The notes: a model not told the origin generated them from the letters alone. Counted from the stretch's first letter, positions 12,943-26,457 are shown. The stretch: DNA of 64,000 bases from Dendrobates tinctorius (GCF_039654945.1 NW_027361737.1:5642001-5706000), one strand, 5' to 3'. Program-made: numbers and translations.

Positions 12943-15057
12943 TTGGTGGCTGCACAAATGGGTGTTTGTTCAGGCACTTATCGGCCCACTCATGATGTGA
13001 TTGCAGGATGCTAATGTTTTGCCAAAGCAGCTGAGGGGTTGGCTTAAGGCCCCCGTTGCTGCAGTATCCATTCTTCTGTGAAATTCATTTACAGGCTACG
13101 CTTCATAGGAGACCATGATTTTTACTATATACTGGGGTATATCTGTATATGGTACAAGTGGTCAAATCATTGCAGTTTCAAGTCTGTTATTGGGAATAAA
13201 AATAAAAGTGAAAAGTAAAAAATGAAGCATAAAAGTTCAAATTACCCCTTTTGCCAGTGAAAAATAAAGAAATGCAAAATATAGTATGTAGTATGCACAC
13301 CAAATGGTATCAATGAAAACACCAGCTCACCACACAAAAACAAAGCCTTCACACAGCGCCATTGACAGAAAAATTAAAAAAAAAACTAATGGGTCTCAGA
13401 AAGTGGCGACTAAAACCACATTTCTTATTTGTCTTACAAACTTCAGAATTTTTAAGTCACGAAAATAGTAAAAAGAATATCTAGTTTTGTCATCTCTATT
13501 ATTGTACTGATTTTTATTGTACAATTAATGCCAAAAATAATGACATTTTAAAAACAATGTCGGAATTGCATTTTCTTCCACTATTTTGCCATTTTTACAT
13601 ACATTGTAAAATGAATTGTACCCTAACTTGTTCTACAAAAAAAAATCCCTCATACGTCAGTGTCGCCAGAAAATAAACGCTATGGGAGTGGAGGAAAAAA
13701 AGAGAAAATGCGAAAATGTCTGCATCCTTAAAGGCTGTGTGTCCATGAGAAAAAAACAATTGAGAGGTTTGTCACCGATCCGCAGGAGAATGCAATATAT
13801 GTACATTTTATCTCTGATTTACATTGCAAAGGATGAAATCCATGGTGTGAAAGAACTGATATGCTAAGGATGCAGTGTGTTAACAAGTCCTTACATGTCT
13901 TTTTACCGTAGTAATTGGTATATATTAGCTCAATCAGTAGTAAACTAGTCTTTGTGCAGTGGGATGTTTGGGTGGTGGGCACATGCAAAAACAACTTTGT
14001 AGTAATGGTGATCCAAATGTAGAGCAACACCTACAGATGTGTGCATCATCATGTAACTAGGTGATTGCTGCAAAAGCCACTGAACATATATTTCCATTGA
14101 CTTATTAAGCTGAATTTACTCCAAAATTTGGTTTCAAATCCCCTGTACCACCTCACCAAACGACTACACTGAGGAAGAGTTGGAATGAAGTGGTCAAAGT
14201 GGATTTTGCTCTCTTCAAAGTCTGTAAAGATAAGTAAATTTGCTGAGACACTGTTCGATTCTTTCACGCTATTTTCCCCGATGAAGCTGTTTTCATAGCG
14301 ATACTCGTGGGGTTTCTCCTTACACACTCCATTTTGTCCATGTTTCATCTCTATGGACCCTTGTGAGTTTTCACTAGCGATGTCCTGGACATTGCCTTAT
14401 ATAATCTGACCCATGTTATTTGGGTCCTAATAGGTTTTATTCCTTTACTGATCGCATCCCTCCAAATACCATGCACCTTTTCCTTTTGCATTCTATTATT
14501 CGATCTACCTGACATTTATAGTTTAGGTTGCATGGACCCTGTCCTTTATTGTAGTGATCACCTTACCAATGGCATTACAGTAGGTTCCCCCGCCCCAAAC
14601 AATTGGGTCTCTATTTCTTCAGGTAATATGGTATGATAATGTATGTGTCATTTGGTTAGAGGGGGACATTTATTCCTTATATATATTTTGGAGTATTTGT
14701 GTACACTAGACCTATAGCATTTGCCTTGTCTATTGTAGACCAGTCCCAGGGGTTATTTATTTTTGGTATCATCTGGTTTTAAATGTTATTATATGAGTGT
14801 ACTCTATGATGTTCAATAAAGATATATCTTTTATATTTATTATTAGGTGTGCGCATCACGTATATATCTTGTCTTCCCCCTCTCCTTTTATAAATTTTTT
14901 GATACTGTACATGATGAAACGCCCTCGTCTTACTACTTTTGCAATTGGTGGTGCACCCTCCTTTGCTTACGTACCTGTTCGGCTGTCTTAGGCAGCACCG
15001 TAGATCTTGAGTGGATATGCAGTATTTTAGCTAATCTGAAACAGTCGCATTTAATTT

Positions 15058-16290
15058 CTCTTAAAGGGATCCCTGGTATGGAAGTCAGGGCAATTGCCTT
15101 CAAATGCTCTGGTACTGACCCCAGGCCTTGTTAGGACTGGCGGAATGCACCAAATAATAAAATAATAGTAGGTGCGTTCGCAGCCCGGGGTCCACCATGC
15201 AGAGGTGGTACACTGCTGCTAAGTCATGGCGGAAGAATTAAGTGGTGTGAAACCAGACACATGTGGGTTACGTCACCCAATGTGAACAGGGCGAACTCTG
15301 TTACTGCACAGAGCCGCACCACCGCTGAAAGTAGATACCGGAGCCTGTTAACTCACAGAGCTCGGCCAAAAGAGCGCACTGTGTACGACCACAGAACTCT
15401 ACCCCAAGGACACGGGGTTAGAGTCCTTATAGGGCCACTGAACGCGTGGCGTCGCTGCCGCAAGCGCCGCTATAGACGCTGGCTATGGAGCACGTGCACT
15501 GAGGCGTGCCGAGTCCCTGGTGAGGCCAGATGCCTGACTCAACCTCAGACCTACCTAAGCCTGGGCGCTAGCAGGCTAGGCTGCACAACACATGCATACC
15601 AAGGGTAGGGGTTTCTTAATGAGTCATTCACCAGAGACATTCATACGTGCATACATCACTCACTCCACATAGTCTGTAAATACAGTCTATACTAGCGCAT
15701 GGGCGAGCCACCATGCAAACCTTTTATAGCCACGGGCGTCCGGGACCTTCCTGGCTTCTCGGATGGGCCAATCCGAACACGAGCAGGACCTGAGCACGTG
15801 ACCCTCGATCTCCAATGGGAGATCACTCCACGGGCATGCTAAGTGGCCCGACATGAGGACTTAGTCCCTGGAGAATCTCGCTGCTGAGCAGCATGCATTG
15901 TCATAGCTGTGCCAGAGGTGGCAGCAGCAAGCAAACCCAGGGAGTTGGCCTGGGCAGAGTGCCGGGACCGACGAATCTGCTGAGCAGGCTCTACTGCGGC
16001 TGAAGAAGAATGGGAGACTGCTGGGTGCAAGGCTCTGGATTCCTGCTGTGCAGTGGCAGGAACCCGATGCCTAACAGGCCTCTCTTTAAAGGGTTCTCCG
16101 GTATGGAAGTTAGGGTAAATCCCTCAGCGCTCTGATTCTCACGTCAGGCTTCTATTAAAGGGATCCTTGGAACGGAAGTGAGGGCAAATCCACTCAGAGC
16201 TCTGGTTCTGACACCAGGCCTCTCTTAAAGGGATCCCCAGTATGGAAGTTAGGACCATTCCACTCAGCACTCTGGTTCTGACTCCAGGCT
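15058..16290. repeat. ~69-bp tandem repeat (TTAAAGGGATCC...GGAAGT...CTCTGGTTCTGAC..CAGGC) split by a solo LTR
   Basis: One unit before 15129 and three units after 16076. Confidence 0.75.
15129..16076. mobile_element. Solo LTR
   Basis: TGTTAGG...CCTAACA termini; 5-bp TSD GGCCT at 15124-15128 and 16077-16081. Confidence 0.85.
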
Positions 16291-16512
16291 GATGGGATGA
16301 TGTGGGATATTAGTGGTAGTTGTCCGGTGGCTCTGGCTGATGGGATGATGTGGGATATTAGGAGTAGTAGTCCAGTGGCTCTGGCTGACGGGATAATGTG
16401 GGATATTATGGGTAGTGGGTAGTAGTCCAGTGGCTCTGGCTGATGGGATGATGTGGGATATTATGGGTAGTAGTCCGGTAGCTCTGGCTGACTGGATGAT
16501 GTGGGATATTAT
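16287..16512. repeat. ~45-bp tandem repeat (GGCTCTGGCTGATGGGATGATGTGGGATATTA...)
   Basis: About five visible units. Confidence 0.8.
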
Positions 16513-16579
16513 AGTGAATGTGGCTATGCAGAATGGGCGGGGCTCTACACTCAGCTTTATATATATATATATATGTAGA

Positions 16580-16653
16580 TATAATCATTATAATTTGTTA
16601 TAACCAACCGTCGTTATTTACTATGCCCGGGCAGCGCCGGGCTATTCAGCTAG
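16580..16653 (+). mobile_element. Helitron-like 3' terminus
   Basis: GC hairpin CCCGGGCAGCGCCGGG followed by CTAG|T; same end seen inverted at 26788. Confidence 0.6.
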
Positions 16654-16822
16654 TCATATATAAAATATGGATAGTCAGACAGGTGTAATGACTGTAAATG
16701 TAATGAATCCAAATTTTAGGAGCTTAGTTTAGGGACCATTTCAAGTGGCATGACACTTGATAAGCAAGGAGAAGCTTATAGTTGCAATTATGTTGTATAT
16801 ATCCTTTTGATTGGTTGCTTAA

Positions 16823-17271
16823 AGGGTATCTGTCACCCCTTTTTTGAGATATCATATAATGATATCATTCAATTGTGTGTCACATAAGGATTCTCTTAGT
16901 ACTTTTGCTTCCCCCTGACCCCGCACCTTTCATGCATAAATACCTTTTTTATATCGGTTCAGATGTATGTAAACTGCCGCGGTCCGGTCCGATGGGCGGG
17001 GCTTATTCACCTGCTCCCCCCCTCCCTGTCTTGCTCTATGCATTTCTTCTTGTGTAGAGCAAAACAGGGAGGGGAGGAGCAGGTGAAAAAGCCCCGCCCA
17101 TTGGACCGGACCGCAGCAGTTTACATACATCTGAACCGATATAAAAAAAGGTATTTATGCATGAAAGGTGCGGGGTCAGGGGGAAGCAAAAGTACTAAGA
17201 GAATCATTATGTGAAACACAATTGAATGATATCATTATAGGAGAACTCAAAAACGGGGTGACAGATTCCCT
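16823..17271. mobile_element. Kolobok/T2-type MITE, near-perfect ~450-bp palindrome
   Basis: TTAA|AGGGTATCTGTCACCCC ... GGGGTGACAGATTCCCT|TTAA; the two halves are reverse complements. Confidence 0.85.
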
Positions 17272-17830
17272 TTAAGTGATCACCTACTTGCTGGATTAGT
17301 AGGGGGCCAACTGCTGGAACCCCAACAAATCCTAAGAATGTTGCCCTAAAAATGCCTGTGGTAGCCTTTTCTAGTTTTTGAATAGCCTTTTCTAGTTTTT
17401 GAATATCTCATCATCCTTATTTTTTGACATTTGGAAATTACCGATAAACCATGTCAATAGCGAGGTATACTTTTTAGGGTGTACTAAATAAATGAAAAGC
17501 TCAATGCCCCTTGTTGTCATAGGTTTAGTTTTTTACAGGAGCCACGATGGATCCCACCATTGACTTACAATAGTTTGGCCAGGTTTCCATTCACTTTTAG
17601 TGTCATAAGGGTAGCAGGGTACATCATTCTAGCCTTCTAAGAAGGTTTAGGTTTCAAAGAAATCAAAGAAGGTTTAGGTTTCTTTGTGTGATGGCTGAAG
17701 AATTAAAATGCATAAATGTGGTCAGTTCATCTATGAGAATGCAAATTCTCTGAGCCACTTAATCTGAAATACACAGTAGGATAAAATGGACAATAATAAG
17801 GAATATGGTTTTCTTTTTTCATTTATGTAG

Positions 17831-17920
17831 ATGATTTTTCCAGCTCTAGTGTTTCTGGGTATGAAGAACAATGACTGCTGCGGATGCTGTGGTAATGAAA
17901 GTTGTGGAAAGAGATTTGCT
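17831..17920 (+). CDS. TM4SF4: TM4SF4 copy A, exon 2 (90 nt)
   Basis: AG|MIFPALVFLGMKNNDCCGCCGNESCGKRFA|GTAAGT. Confidence 0.95.
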
Positions 17921-18297
17921 GTAAGTATTCATATGGGAGCAAGAGATATTACTGTAGAGTATGAAACAATGGCATGGCAAAGCATAGGATAAAGGGAGAG
18001 ACAATGGACAAGATTCATAAGAAAAAGGAACTTCTCACTGCATGTTATGCCCACAAAGGTAAGTCCTTGTCACTTGTGTAATGGCTGCTCTGGATTCCTC
18101 GCTGGCTCCGAGTCAAATCATGTCAACTATTTATAAAATCCAGCTCTACATAAAACCAACTCTTTTATTTGAAAGAATTAAAATAGGTACGAAAGTGCAT
18201 GTCTACGATTAACGCGGTAACGCTCGAAACGCGTAAATAAAGAGGTTGATTTTATGGAGTGCCGGATTTTAACGTGCTGCATTCCTGTGCCTTTTTA

Positions 18298-18993
<696 letters not shown>

Positions 18994-19213
18994 TAGATGG
19001 CAAGTTTTTTAAGGAAATGACCCAACATGGAAGCAGAAAAAAATTCTGCCAAATGATGATAGATCTGCTACATACCCTGCACTGATTCTCCCTCTCTACA
19101 TTTCATTTTTTTTTTGATTCAAGACCACATAAAGTTCTGTACATCATGGCTAGTCAGGGGCAAACATGCAATGTTAATTTTAGCTTGCAAGTAATTGTTG
19201 CTTTTTATTCCAG

Positions 19214-19350
19214 ATGTTTTCTTCGATCATATTTGCTGCCATTGGATTTGCTGGAGCTGCGTATAACTTCATTATTTCTGCAGTTGCTATAAATAAGGGG
19301 CCAATATGTTACACAGAAAACAATACTTGGGAATATCCTTTCAGTGATGG
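19214..19350 (+). CDS. TM4SF4: TM4SF4 copy A, exon 3 (137 nt)
   Basis: CAG|MFSSIIFAAIGFAGAAYNFIISAVAINKGPICYTENNTWEYPFSDG|GTATGT. Confidence 0.95.
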
Positions 19351-20245
19351 GTATGTGTAAATTATTGTAAAAAAAAAATAATCTAAGGCTATCGTGTCAT
19401 TTAGGCAGTTATGTTTTTCCATTTACTAACCCACAATGCATTCTCAACACCTAAGCTTTTTTCTGAATACCAGTTTTTTCTCTGTGTCTTTCTGTAATTC
19501 AGTGTGATACTTAACAAGTCAGTTTAGATACATCACATGGCATACAGGAATAGCAATATTGCGAAACGTCAGCCCAAATTGCTAATTGTTAGGCCCTGTT
19601 CACACAAGTTTTTGAATTAGCATATGTGAAAATAGGCAATTTTTTATATATCTTATTAGATTTTCTCTCCTATTGAATCAATCTTTCACTCTCATAATTG
19701 TAAGCAAAATCCAATGATCATAGTGGGTATATAATAATAATAAATAGAAAATACTAGAACTTCACACCCACAATAAGTGCAGACAGGGAAGGCCAACTGT
19801 AATATTGAGATAATAAACAAAGAACAAACACAGTCATAAGGTCACAATAAAACTAAAGAATTTATTGATACATAAAATACATACAGACAGACATATGCAA
19901 GTGGGGGCTAGAAGATGAAAGGGTTATTCAAACCGCATGTGTGAGGCCCAGGGTAGGTTGGTAGGAAGGCAGAAAAATAATAGTATCATGGCATAAGAAT
20001 CATATATGCACAGTGGCAAAGTGAAAATAAATTACAGGTACAAGGCATCATCAAACAGTGCAAGTAACCGGCACAGAAGCCATATGTGCATAATAGCACA
20101 GAAGAGCCTGACAAGAATGAGAATCAACAATGCCTAAATATGGCCATAGAGTCAGGTGCATAAAGAACAAGTAGATGTGCTTAAAAAAACACAAGAGTTC
20201 AAGTACCTGTAAATAGAGTAGCCGCCTTCCTCCACATCCCACCCG

Positions 20246-20281
20246 CCCCGACGCGCGTTTCGGCGTGCCTTTATCAAGGGG
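20246..20281 (-). ncRNA. Minimal type-I hammerhead ribozyme, U3-A8 core variant
   Basis: Minus strand reads CCCC-UUGAUAA-A-GGC AC GCC-GAAA-C GCGC G-UC-GGGG: stems I, II and III with a GUC cleavage triplet. Confidence 0.75.
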
Positions 20282-21019
20282 CATAAGATACTAGGCATAG
20301 AGATGGTCCTTAAATACCCCCGGACCCGGAAGCCACCATTACCGCCGCGCGGCCGTCCGGTGACGTCACGAACGCGAGGACGCGCTCATGCGGGCAGCCG
20401 AGATCAGAGTCACGCGGGCCCCACGTGACCCGGAAGTCGGCGCACCGCTGAGCTGCGAGCCAGCGACTCGCGTCAGCAGAGGACAGACGCATTGGAATGG
20501 AAGGTCAGGACGCGCCATGGCCAGTACTGGCAGAAGGATGGGCAGACACCGGGAACATATAAACCATATAAAACCTACAACAACAAACATTGTGTATGGA
20601 TGAAAGGTGCCATATAATACTGGAAATAGGATTATAAAATATAACACATTTGACAAAAGGGGAGAAAAAGGTATATCGTTCCACAATATAGCCTTAGACA
20701 AGGCTGATAATGATTTCCATACGGGGTACCATAACATACCCAAAGACATGCATACACAGTCCATAGAGATGGAAATAACAACCCCAGAATATACACAATG
20801 TAAGAGAAACAACCCCAAAATATAGTATAAGTGTACATGCATATGGCCAAGAGGACATATAAGCAAATATACAGTGATATAATTTTAGTAGGCAGCAATA
20901 CATGTATCCAATTGTACATACAGTAAAGACATATTATTGTCAAACATCAAAGTATAAATACACAAAATTGTACAAGGAACCAAGATACATGATACATGAT
21001 CCATATGCAAAACTATATA

Positions 21020-22240
21020 CACTCACTGGCCACTTTATTAGGTACACCATGCTAGTAAGGGGTTGGAACCCCTTTTGCCTTCAGAACTGCCTCAATTCTT
21101 CGTGGCAGAGATTCAACAAGGTGCTGGAAGCATTCCTCAGAGATTTTGGACCATATTGACATGATGGCATCACACAGTTGGCGCAGATTTGTCGGCTGCA
21201 CATCCCTGATGCGAATCTCCCGTTCCACCACATCCCAAAGATGCTCTATTGGATTGAGATCTGGTGACTGAGGAGGCCATTTGAGTACAGTAAACTCATT
21301 GTCATGTTCAAGAAACCAATCTGAGATGATTCGAGCTTTATGACATGGCGCATTATCCTGCTGAAAGTAGCCATCAGATGTTGGGTACATTGTGGTCATA
21401 AAGGGATGGACATGGTCAGCAACAATACTCAGGTAGGCTGTGGCGTTGCAACGATGCTCAATTGGTACCAAGGGGCCCAAAGAGTGCCCAGAAAAAATTC
21501 CCCACACCATGACACCACCACCACCAGCCTGAACCGTTGATACAAGGCAGGATGGATCCATGCTTTCATGTTGTTTACGCCAAATTCTGACCCTACCATC
21601 CCAATGTCGCAGCAGAAATCGAGACTCATCAGACCAGGCAACGTTTTTCCAATCTTCTACTGTCCAATTTCGATGAGCTTGTGCAAATTTTAGCCTCAGT
21701 TTCCTGTTCTTAGCTGAGAGGAGTGGTACCCAGTGTGGTCTTCTGCTGCTGTAGCCCATCTGCCTCAAAGTTCGACGCACTGTGCGTTCAGAGATGCTCT
21801 TCTGCCTACCTTGGTTGTAACGGGTGGCAATTTGAGTCACTGTTGCCTTTCTATCAGCTCGAACCAGTCTGCCCATTCTCCTCTGACCTCTGGCATCAAC
21901 ATGGCATTTCCGGCCACAGAACTGCCGCTCACTGGATTTTTTTTCTTTTTCAGACCATTCTCTGTAAACCCTAGAGATGGTTGTGCGTGAAAATCCCAGT
22001 AGATCAGCAGTTTCTGAAATTCTCAGACCAGCCCTTCTGGCACCAACAATCATGCCACGTTCAAAGGCACTCAAATCACCTTTCTTCCCCATACTGATGC
22101 TCGGTTTGAACTGCAGGAGATTGTCTTGACCATGTCTACATGCCTAAATGCACTGAGTTGCCGCCATGTGATTGGCTGATTAGAAATTAAGTCTTAACAC
22201 ACAGTTGGACAGGTGTACCTAATAAAGTGGCCAGTGAGTG
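21020..22240 (-). mobile_element. Full-length Tc1-family transposon of the DD36E (Incomer) type, nested in the Penelope 3' region
   Basis: Perfect 29-bp TIRs CACTCACTGGCCACTTTATTAGGTACACC; TA TSD; 1221 bp. Confidence 0.93.
21052..22092 (-). CDS. Intact DD36E Tc1 transposase, 346 aa
   Basis: N-terminal HTH; [16 protein letters not shown] and [11 protein letters not shown] motifs; 36 residues between the second D and E. Confidence 0.93.
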   Translation of the reverse strand: MGKKGDLSAFERGMIVGARRAGLRISETADLLGFSRTTISRVYREWSEKEKKSSERQFCGRKCHVDARGQRRMGRLVRADRKATVTQIATRYNQGRQKSISERTVRRTLRQMGYSSRRPHWVPLLSAKNRKLRLKFAQAHRNWTVEDWKNVAWSDESRFLLRHWDGRVRIWRKQHESMDPSCLVSTVQAGGGGVMVWGIFSGHSLGPLVPIEHRCNATAYLSIVADHVHPFMTTMYPTSDGYFQQDNAPCHKARIISDWFLEHDNEFTVLKWPPQSPDLNPIEHLWDVVEREIRIRDVQPTNLRQLCDAIMSIWSKISEECFQHLVESLPRRIEAVLKAKGVPTPY

Positions 22241-22473
22241 TACATATATACACCCCCCAAAAAAGAAATTGTTGGAAACACAAGGGGGTTATTTTGACGG
22301 CTGTAGATGTAAGGAGCAATGTCATGTCAGTAACCGGCGTTGAGCGTCCATAGATATGACCAGACACGGGGAACAGTGCTCAGGAAAAAAACACCTAAAA
22401 CATAACAAAAAACATATTAAAACCATATAAAATAAATGCATGCGGGAGAAAAACCAACACAGTGAAACGGCGA

Positions 22474-25400
22474 CTAAAGAAATGGCGAGAAGCTGAGGTT
22501 CTCATTAAGTCCTAGTGGTTGGACAGTATCAAGAGTCCAAATCCATCTACTCTCTAGCTGACCAAGACGTTTGGACAGATTTCCACCTCTAATATTGATG
22601 TCCAAGACATCAATTCCCCGTACACGTAAAAGATCACTGTTACATTGATGGAACAGCTTGAAGTGTTTGGGAATAGTTTTGAGGGTGGTTGTTTCATCGT
22701 GACCGTTGGTGGCCTGGATACCCAAAACGTGTTCTCTAATTCGGACTTTAAGTTGTCTAGTTGTCATCCCCACATAGATTAAACCACATGGGCAAATGGC
22801 AAAATAGACAACGTATCTAGTGGTACACGTAATCCGTTTTTTAATTCTGAAATTTTTAGTACCACCAGAATTGAAAAAATCATCACATCTATCCACGTTA
22901 GGGCAAGCCACACAGCGGCCACAAGGAAAGCAACCACCCCCAAAAGAAGCGGTATCCAGAAACGTTTGTGGCTGTGACCCCACGTGGTGACTCCTAGTCA
23001 GGAGATCACGTAGGTTCTTAGCACGTCTAAAAGTGATCATTGGACGTTGAGGCAGAAATTTCTTAATTATAGGATCTACTTGTAGAATAGGCCATGCCCT
23101 TGTTAATGCGGCCCGAACACGATCTGAGCATGGATGATACCTAGTGATGAATCTACATTGATTCTCACCCTCAGGTGACCTAACCTGTTTTTGATATAGA
23201 AGATGGTTACGATTAGAGTACTTGGCCCTATGATAGGCCTTCTTAATAATCCTCCTACTATACCCACGCTCCAGGAAGCGTAGCCTTAATTCCTCCGCCC
23301 GCCTTTCAAAATCTACGTCCGACGAACACAACCGTCTCAAGCGAAGAAACTGACCTATCGGTATGGATGCTATCATATGGTGTGGGTGGCAGGATGAGGC
23401 GTGTAATAGTGTGTTAGTAGAAGTTGGCTTACGGAAAATGTCCGTATTAACATTGCCACTCGTGTCTTTAAAGATGGAGACATCCAAAAAGTTAATTTTA
23501 GTACTATCCCATTCACAGGTCAAGGAGATATTCAATTCACTACTATTGAGGCACTCAATAAATTGCACAAGGTCGATGGACGTGCCTTGCCAGACGAACA
23601 GGATGTCGTCGATATACCGCGTCCAAAAGGGGACACGGTCTATCGACACCATCCGGTCCGACTGGAAGAGGTCCCTCTCCCACAGCCCCAGGAACAGGTT
23701 AGCATAGGCCGGCGCAAAGGCCGCGCCCATGGCTGTCCCCTGGAGCTGCAGGAAAAAGGACCCCTTAAACACAAAGAAATTGTGCGTGAGGGTGAATTCA
23801 AGCAGTTCCAGCAAGAGTCCCTTCAGACCACTCGACAAATTAGAGGTTTGAAGAAAAAACCGCACCGCGGCAATGCCATCTTTATGTCTGATATTCGTAT
23901 ATAGGGATTCTACATCCGCTGAAACTAGCAAGGATTCACCCTCAAGGCATAGGCCATCGACCTTGCGCAAAAGTTCCCCTGTATCCTTCAAATAGGAAGG
24001 GAGAGTAATAACAAGGGGCTGGAGGTGGAAATCGATCCAACGATTGACGTGCTCCAAGAAGTTACCCCTCCCTGACACAATAGGCCGACCAGGTGGCGAT
24101 CTCAGATCCTTATGGACCTTCGGCAATAAATAGAATGTGGCCACTGTGGGCTCACTAATCAGTAGTGCCGAAGCCAGCTCCTTGGTGATAATGCCATCCC
24201 GTGTTGCCCTATTAATGATACTCTCCAATTGATTAGAATATGCGCAAAGGGGATTATACGTCAGTTTTTTATAGCAAATGCTATTGTTCAACTGGCGATA
24301 AGCTTCCTTCTCATATAACTTAGTTGGCCACAGGACGACATTACCATCTTTATCGGCCGGCTTCAGCACCACATCCGGAAGATTCTGAAAATATCTAAGT
24401 CTAGCACGTTCCTCCCTGGTCAAATTATCATCCCTAATAAATTTAGGGATCTGAGAGAGTTCACGAGTCACCACCTGAACGAAAAGGTCAACACTAGTGC
24501 AAGTAGCCAGGGGGGGAAACTTCTTGGATCGTGGACGGATAGATGGGGGATCTTACCTCCCTCATGTTCCACCGCCAGCTCCTCCAAGGCTCTCAGGGCC
24601 TTTTGTTCCTCCTCTGTGGGGAAAAGAACATTGTTAACATCATTAAAGAAATGCCTCTTTAGCAGTAGTGACCTGGCAAACACGTTTAAATCCTTAATAG
24701 TGGCAAAAGTATTGAATTCCGGAGTAGGTGAGAATGAGAAACCCCTACCCAAAAGAGACAGGTCGGAGGGGGATAATATATAATGACTAAGGTTAATTAC
24801 CCTATTATCCCTTTTATCAAAGCCAGTTTGATGACCGTGTTGCCTTCTATAGGGGTGGTATGAATGGTCCCTCAGGCGTGCTGTACTAGAAGAAGTAGAC
24901 AGATCCGACTGTCCACTTGTAGATGTAAGTGAAGTATTAGATGGTATACGAGGTAGATTTGGGTAGGCTTTCTTCCATAAATAGACTTTATTGCTCTGAT
25001 AGTCCTTTACATCCCTGTTATATTTAGAGAATTGAGTCTCCTGGATTTTCTTAGCGAGACCATCAAGGGATTTCTCCAACTCATTATTAAATTGTTGCAA
25101 CTTCTCCTTAGGACAATCATTATCCAGACCTATTTGTGTGTCATCAATAAGTTTATCCAGTTCACTAATATTCGTGCTATTCAAATTAATCAAAAGCTGC
25201 ATAAGAATAAAGGAGCAGCCATTACAGGCTTCCTCCCATTTCTTAACAAATACATCATCTTCTACGGGGAAGGTAGGAGTTACACGAATCCTTAGCCCTC
25301 TAGAAATCATTTTATTCGAAAGATATTTCTCTAAAAACATTTTATTCCACCAAAGCCTAGAACGTCTGATTACTGAATTCTTAATAGTCATCAGCCTTTC

Positions 25401-25502
25401 GTCAAAACCAGAGCCGCCAATCAACTGTGTACCAGCTCCACCGGCACTGAAAGTCTGATCCATTTGGTTGAGCCATATTTTCTCTTTGGCTCGGTAGTCC
25501 AT
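22474..25502 (-). pseudogene. Penelope RT/GIY-YIG polyprotein with a single frameshift at ~24545-24549
   Basis: PADK, LPKVHK...PPGRPIVS, DVESLYTNI, GTAMGAAFAPAYANLF, RYIDD; CxxCxxC knuckle; CPCGLIYVGMTTR...RIREH; ORFs 24468-25667 and 22474-24474 join if one C is added. Confidence 0.9.
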
Positions 25503-26240
25503 TTCATTGGATGGAACACCTGTGCATAACACAGCAAGATATACATATAAGCAAAATCCAATGATCATAGTGGGTATATAATAATAATAAATAGAAAATA
25601 CTAGAACTTCACACCCACAATAAGTGCAGACAGGGAAGACCAACTGTAATATTGAGATAATAAACAAAGAACAAACACAGTCATAAGGTCACAATAAAAC
25701 TAAAGAATTTATTGATACATAAAATACATACAGACAGACAAATGCAAGTGGGGGCTAGAAGATGAAAGGGTTATTCAAACCGCATGTGTGAGGCCCAGGG
25801 TAGATTGGTAGGAAGGCAGAAAAATAATAGTATCATATAATAGTATCATGGCATAAGAATCATATATGCACAGTGGCAAAGTGAAAATAAATCACAGGTA
25901 CAAGGCATCATCAAACAGTGCAAGTAACCAGCACAGAAGCCATATGTGCATAATAGCACAGAAGAGCCTGACAAGAATGAGAATCAACAAGGCCTAAATA
26001 TGGCCATAGAGTCAGGTGCATAAAGAACAAGTAGATGTGCTTAAAAAAACACAAGAGTTCAAGTACCTGTAAATAGAGTAGCCGCCTTCCTCCACGTCCC
26101 ACCTGCCCCGACGCACGTTTCGACTTTACTTTTAAGTTACTTTTTATGGCGATGATGATTGCATTGCTATATGTGAATGTTACATGCAATTTTTATCTAA
26201 ACACTTATTGATAACAATTATATATCATTTATTTTTTTAG

Positions 26241-26457
26241 GGATTATTTAAAAAATCATACCTTATGGGAGAACTGTAAAATATACCAACCCGATAAGAG
26301 TAAGCTTAACACGGAAATCATCATCACCTGGAATTTGACCCTCTTCTGCATCCTCCTAATATTGGGTCTGGCGCAAGGTGTTCTCTGTGCAATCCAAGCT
26401 GTCAATGGTCTAATTGGGACAATCTGCGGGGACTGCAAGTGCTGCGGATGCTGTGGA
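26241..26457 (+). CDS. TM4SF4: TM4SF4 copy A, exon 4 (217 nt)
   Basis: TAG|G DYLKNHTLWENC...WNLTLFCILL...LCAIQAVNGLIGTICGDCKCCGCCG|GTAAGT; phase matches exon 3. Confidence 0.95.

Larger units (their letters stand above)
19701..26122 (-). mobile_element. Penelope-like retroelement with direct pseudo-LTRs (25548-26122 and 19701-20262)
   Basis: RT plus GIY-YIG ORF; ~560-bp near-identical direct repeats; hammerhead motif. Confidence 0.92.

Noticed and set aside
16875-17214. Near-identical ORFs on opposite strands
   Set aside because: Product of the palindromic T2 MITE.
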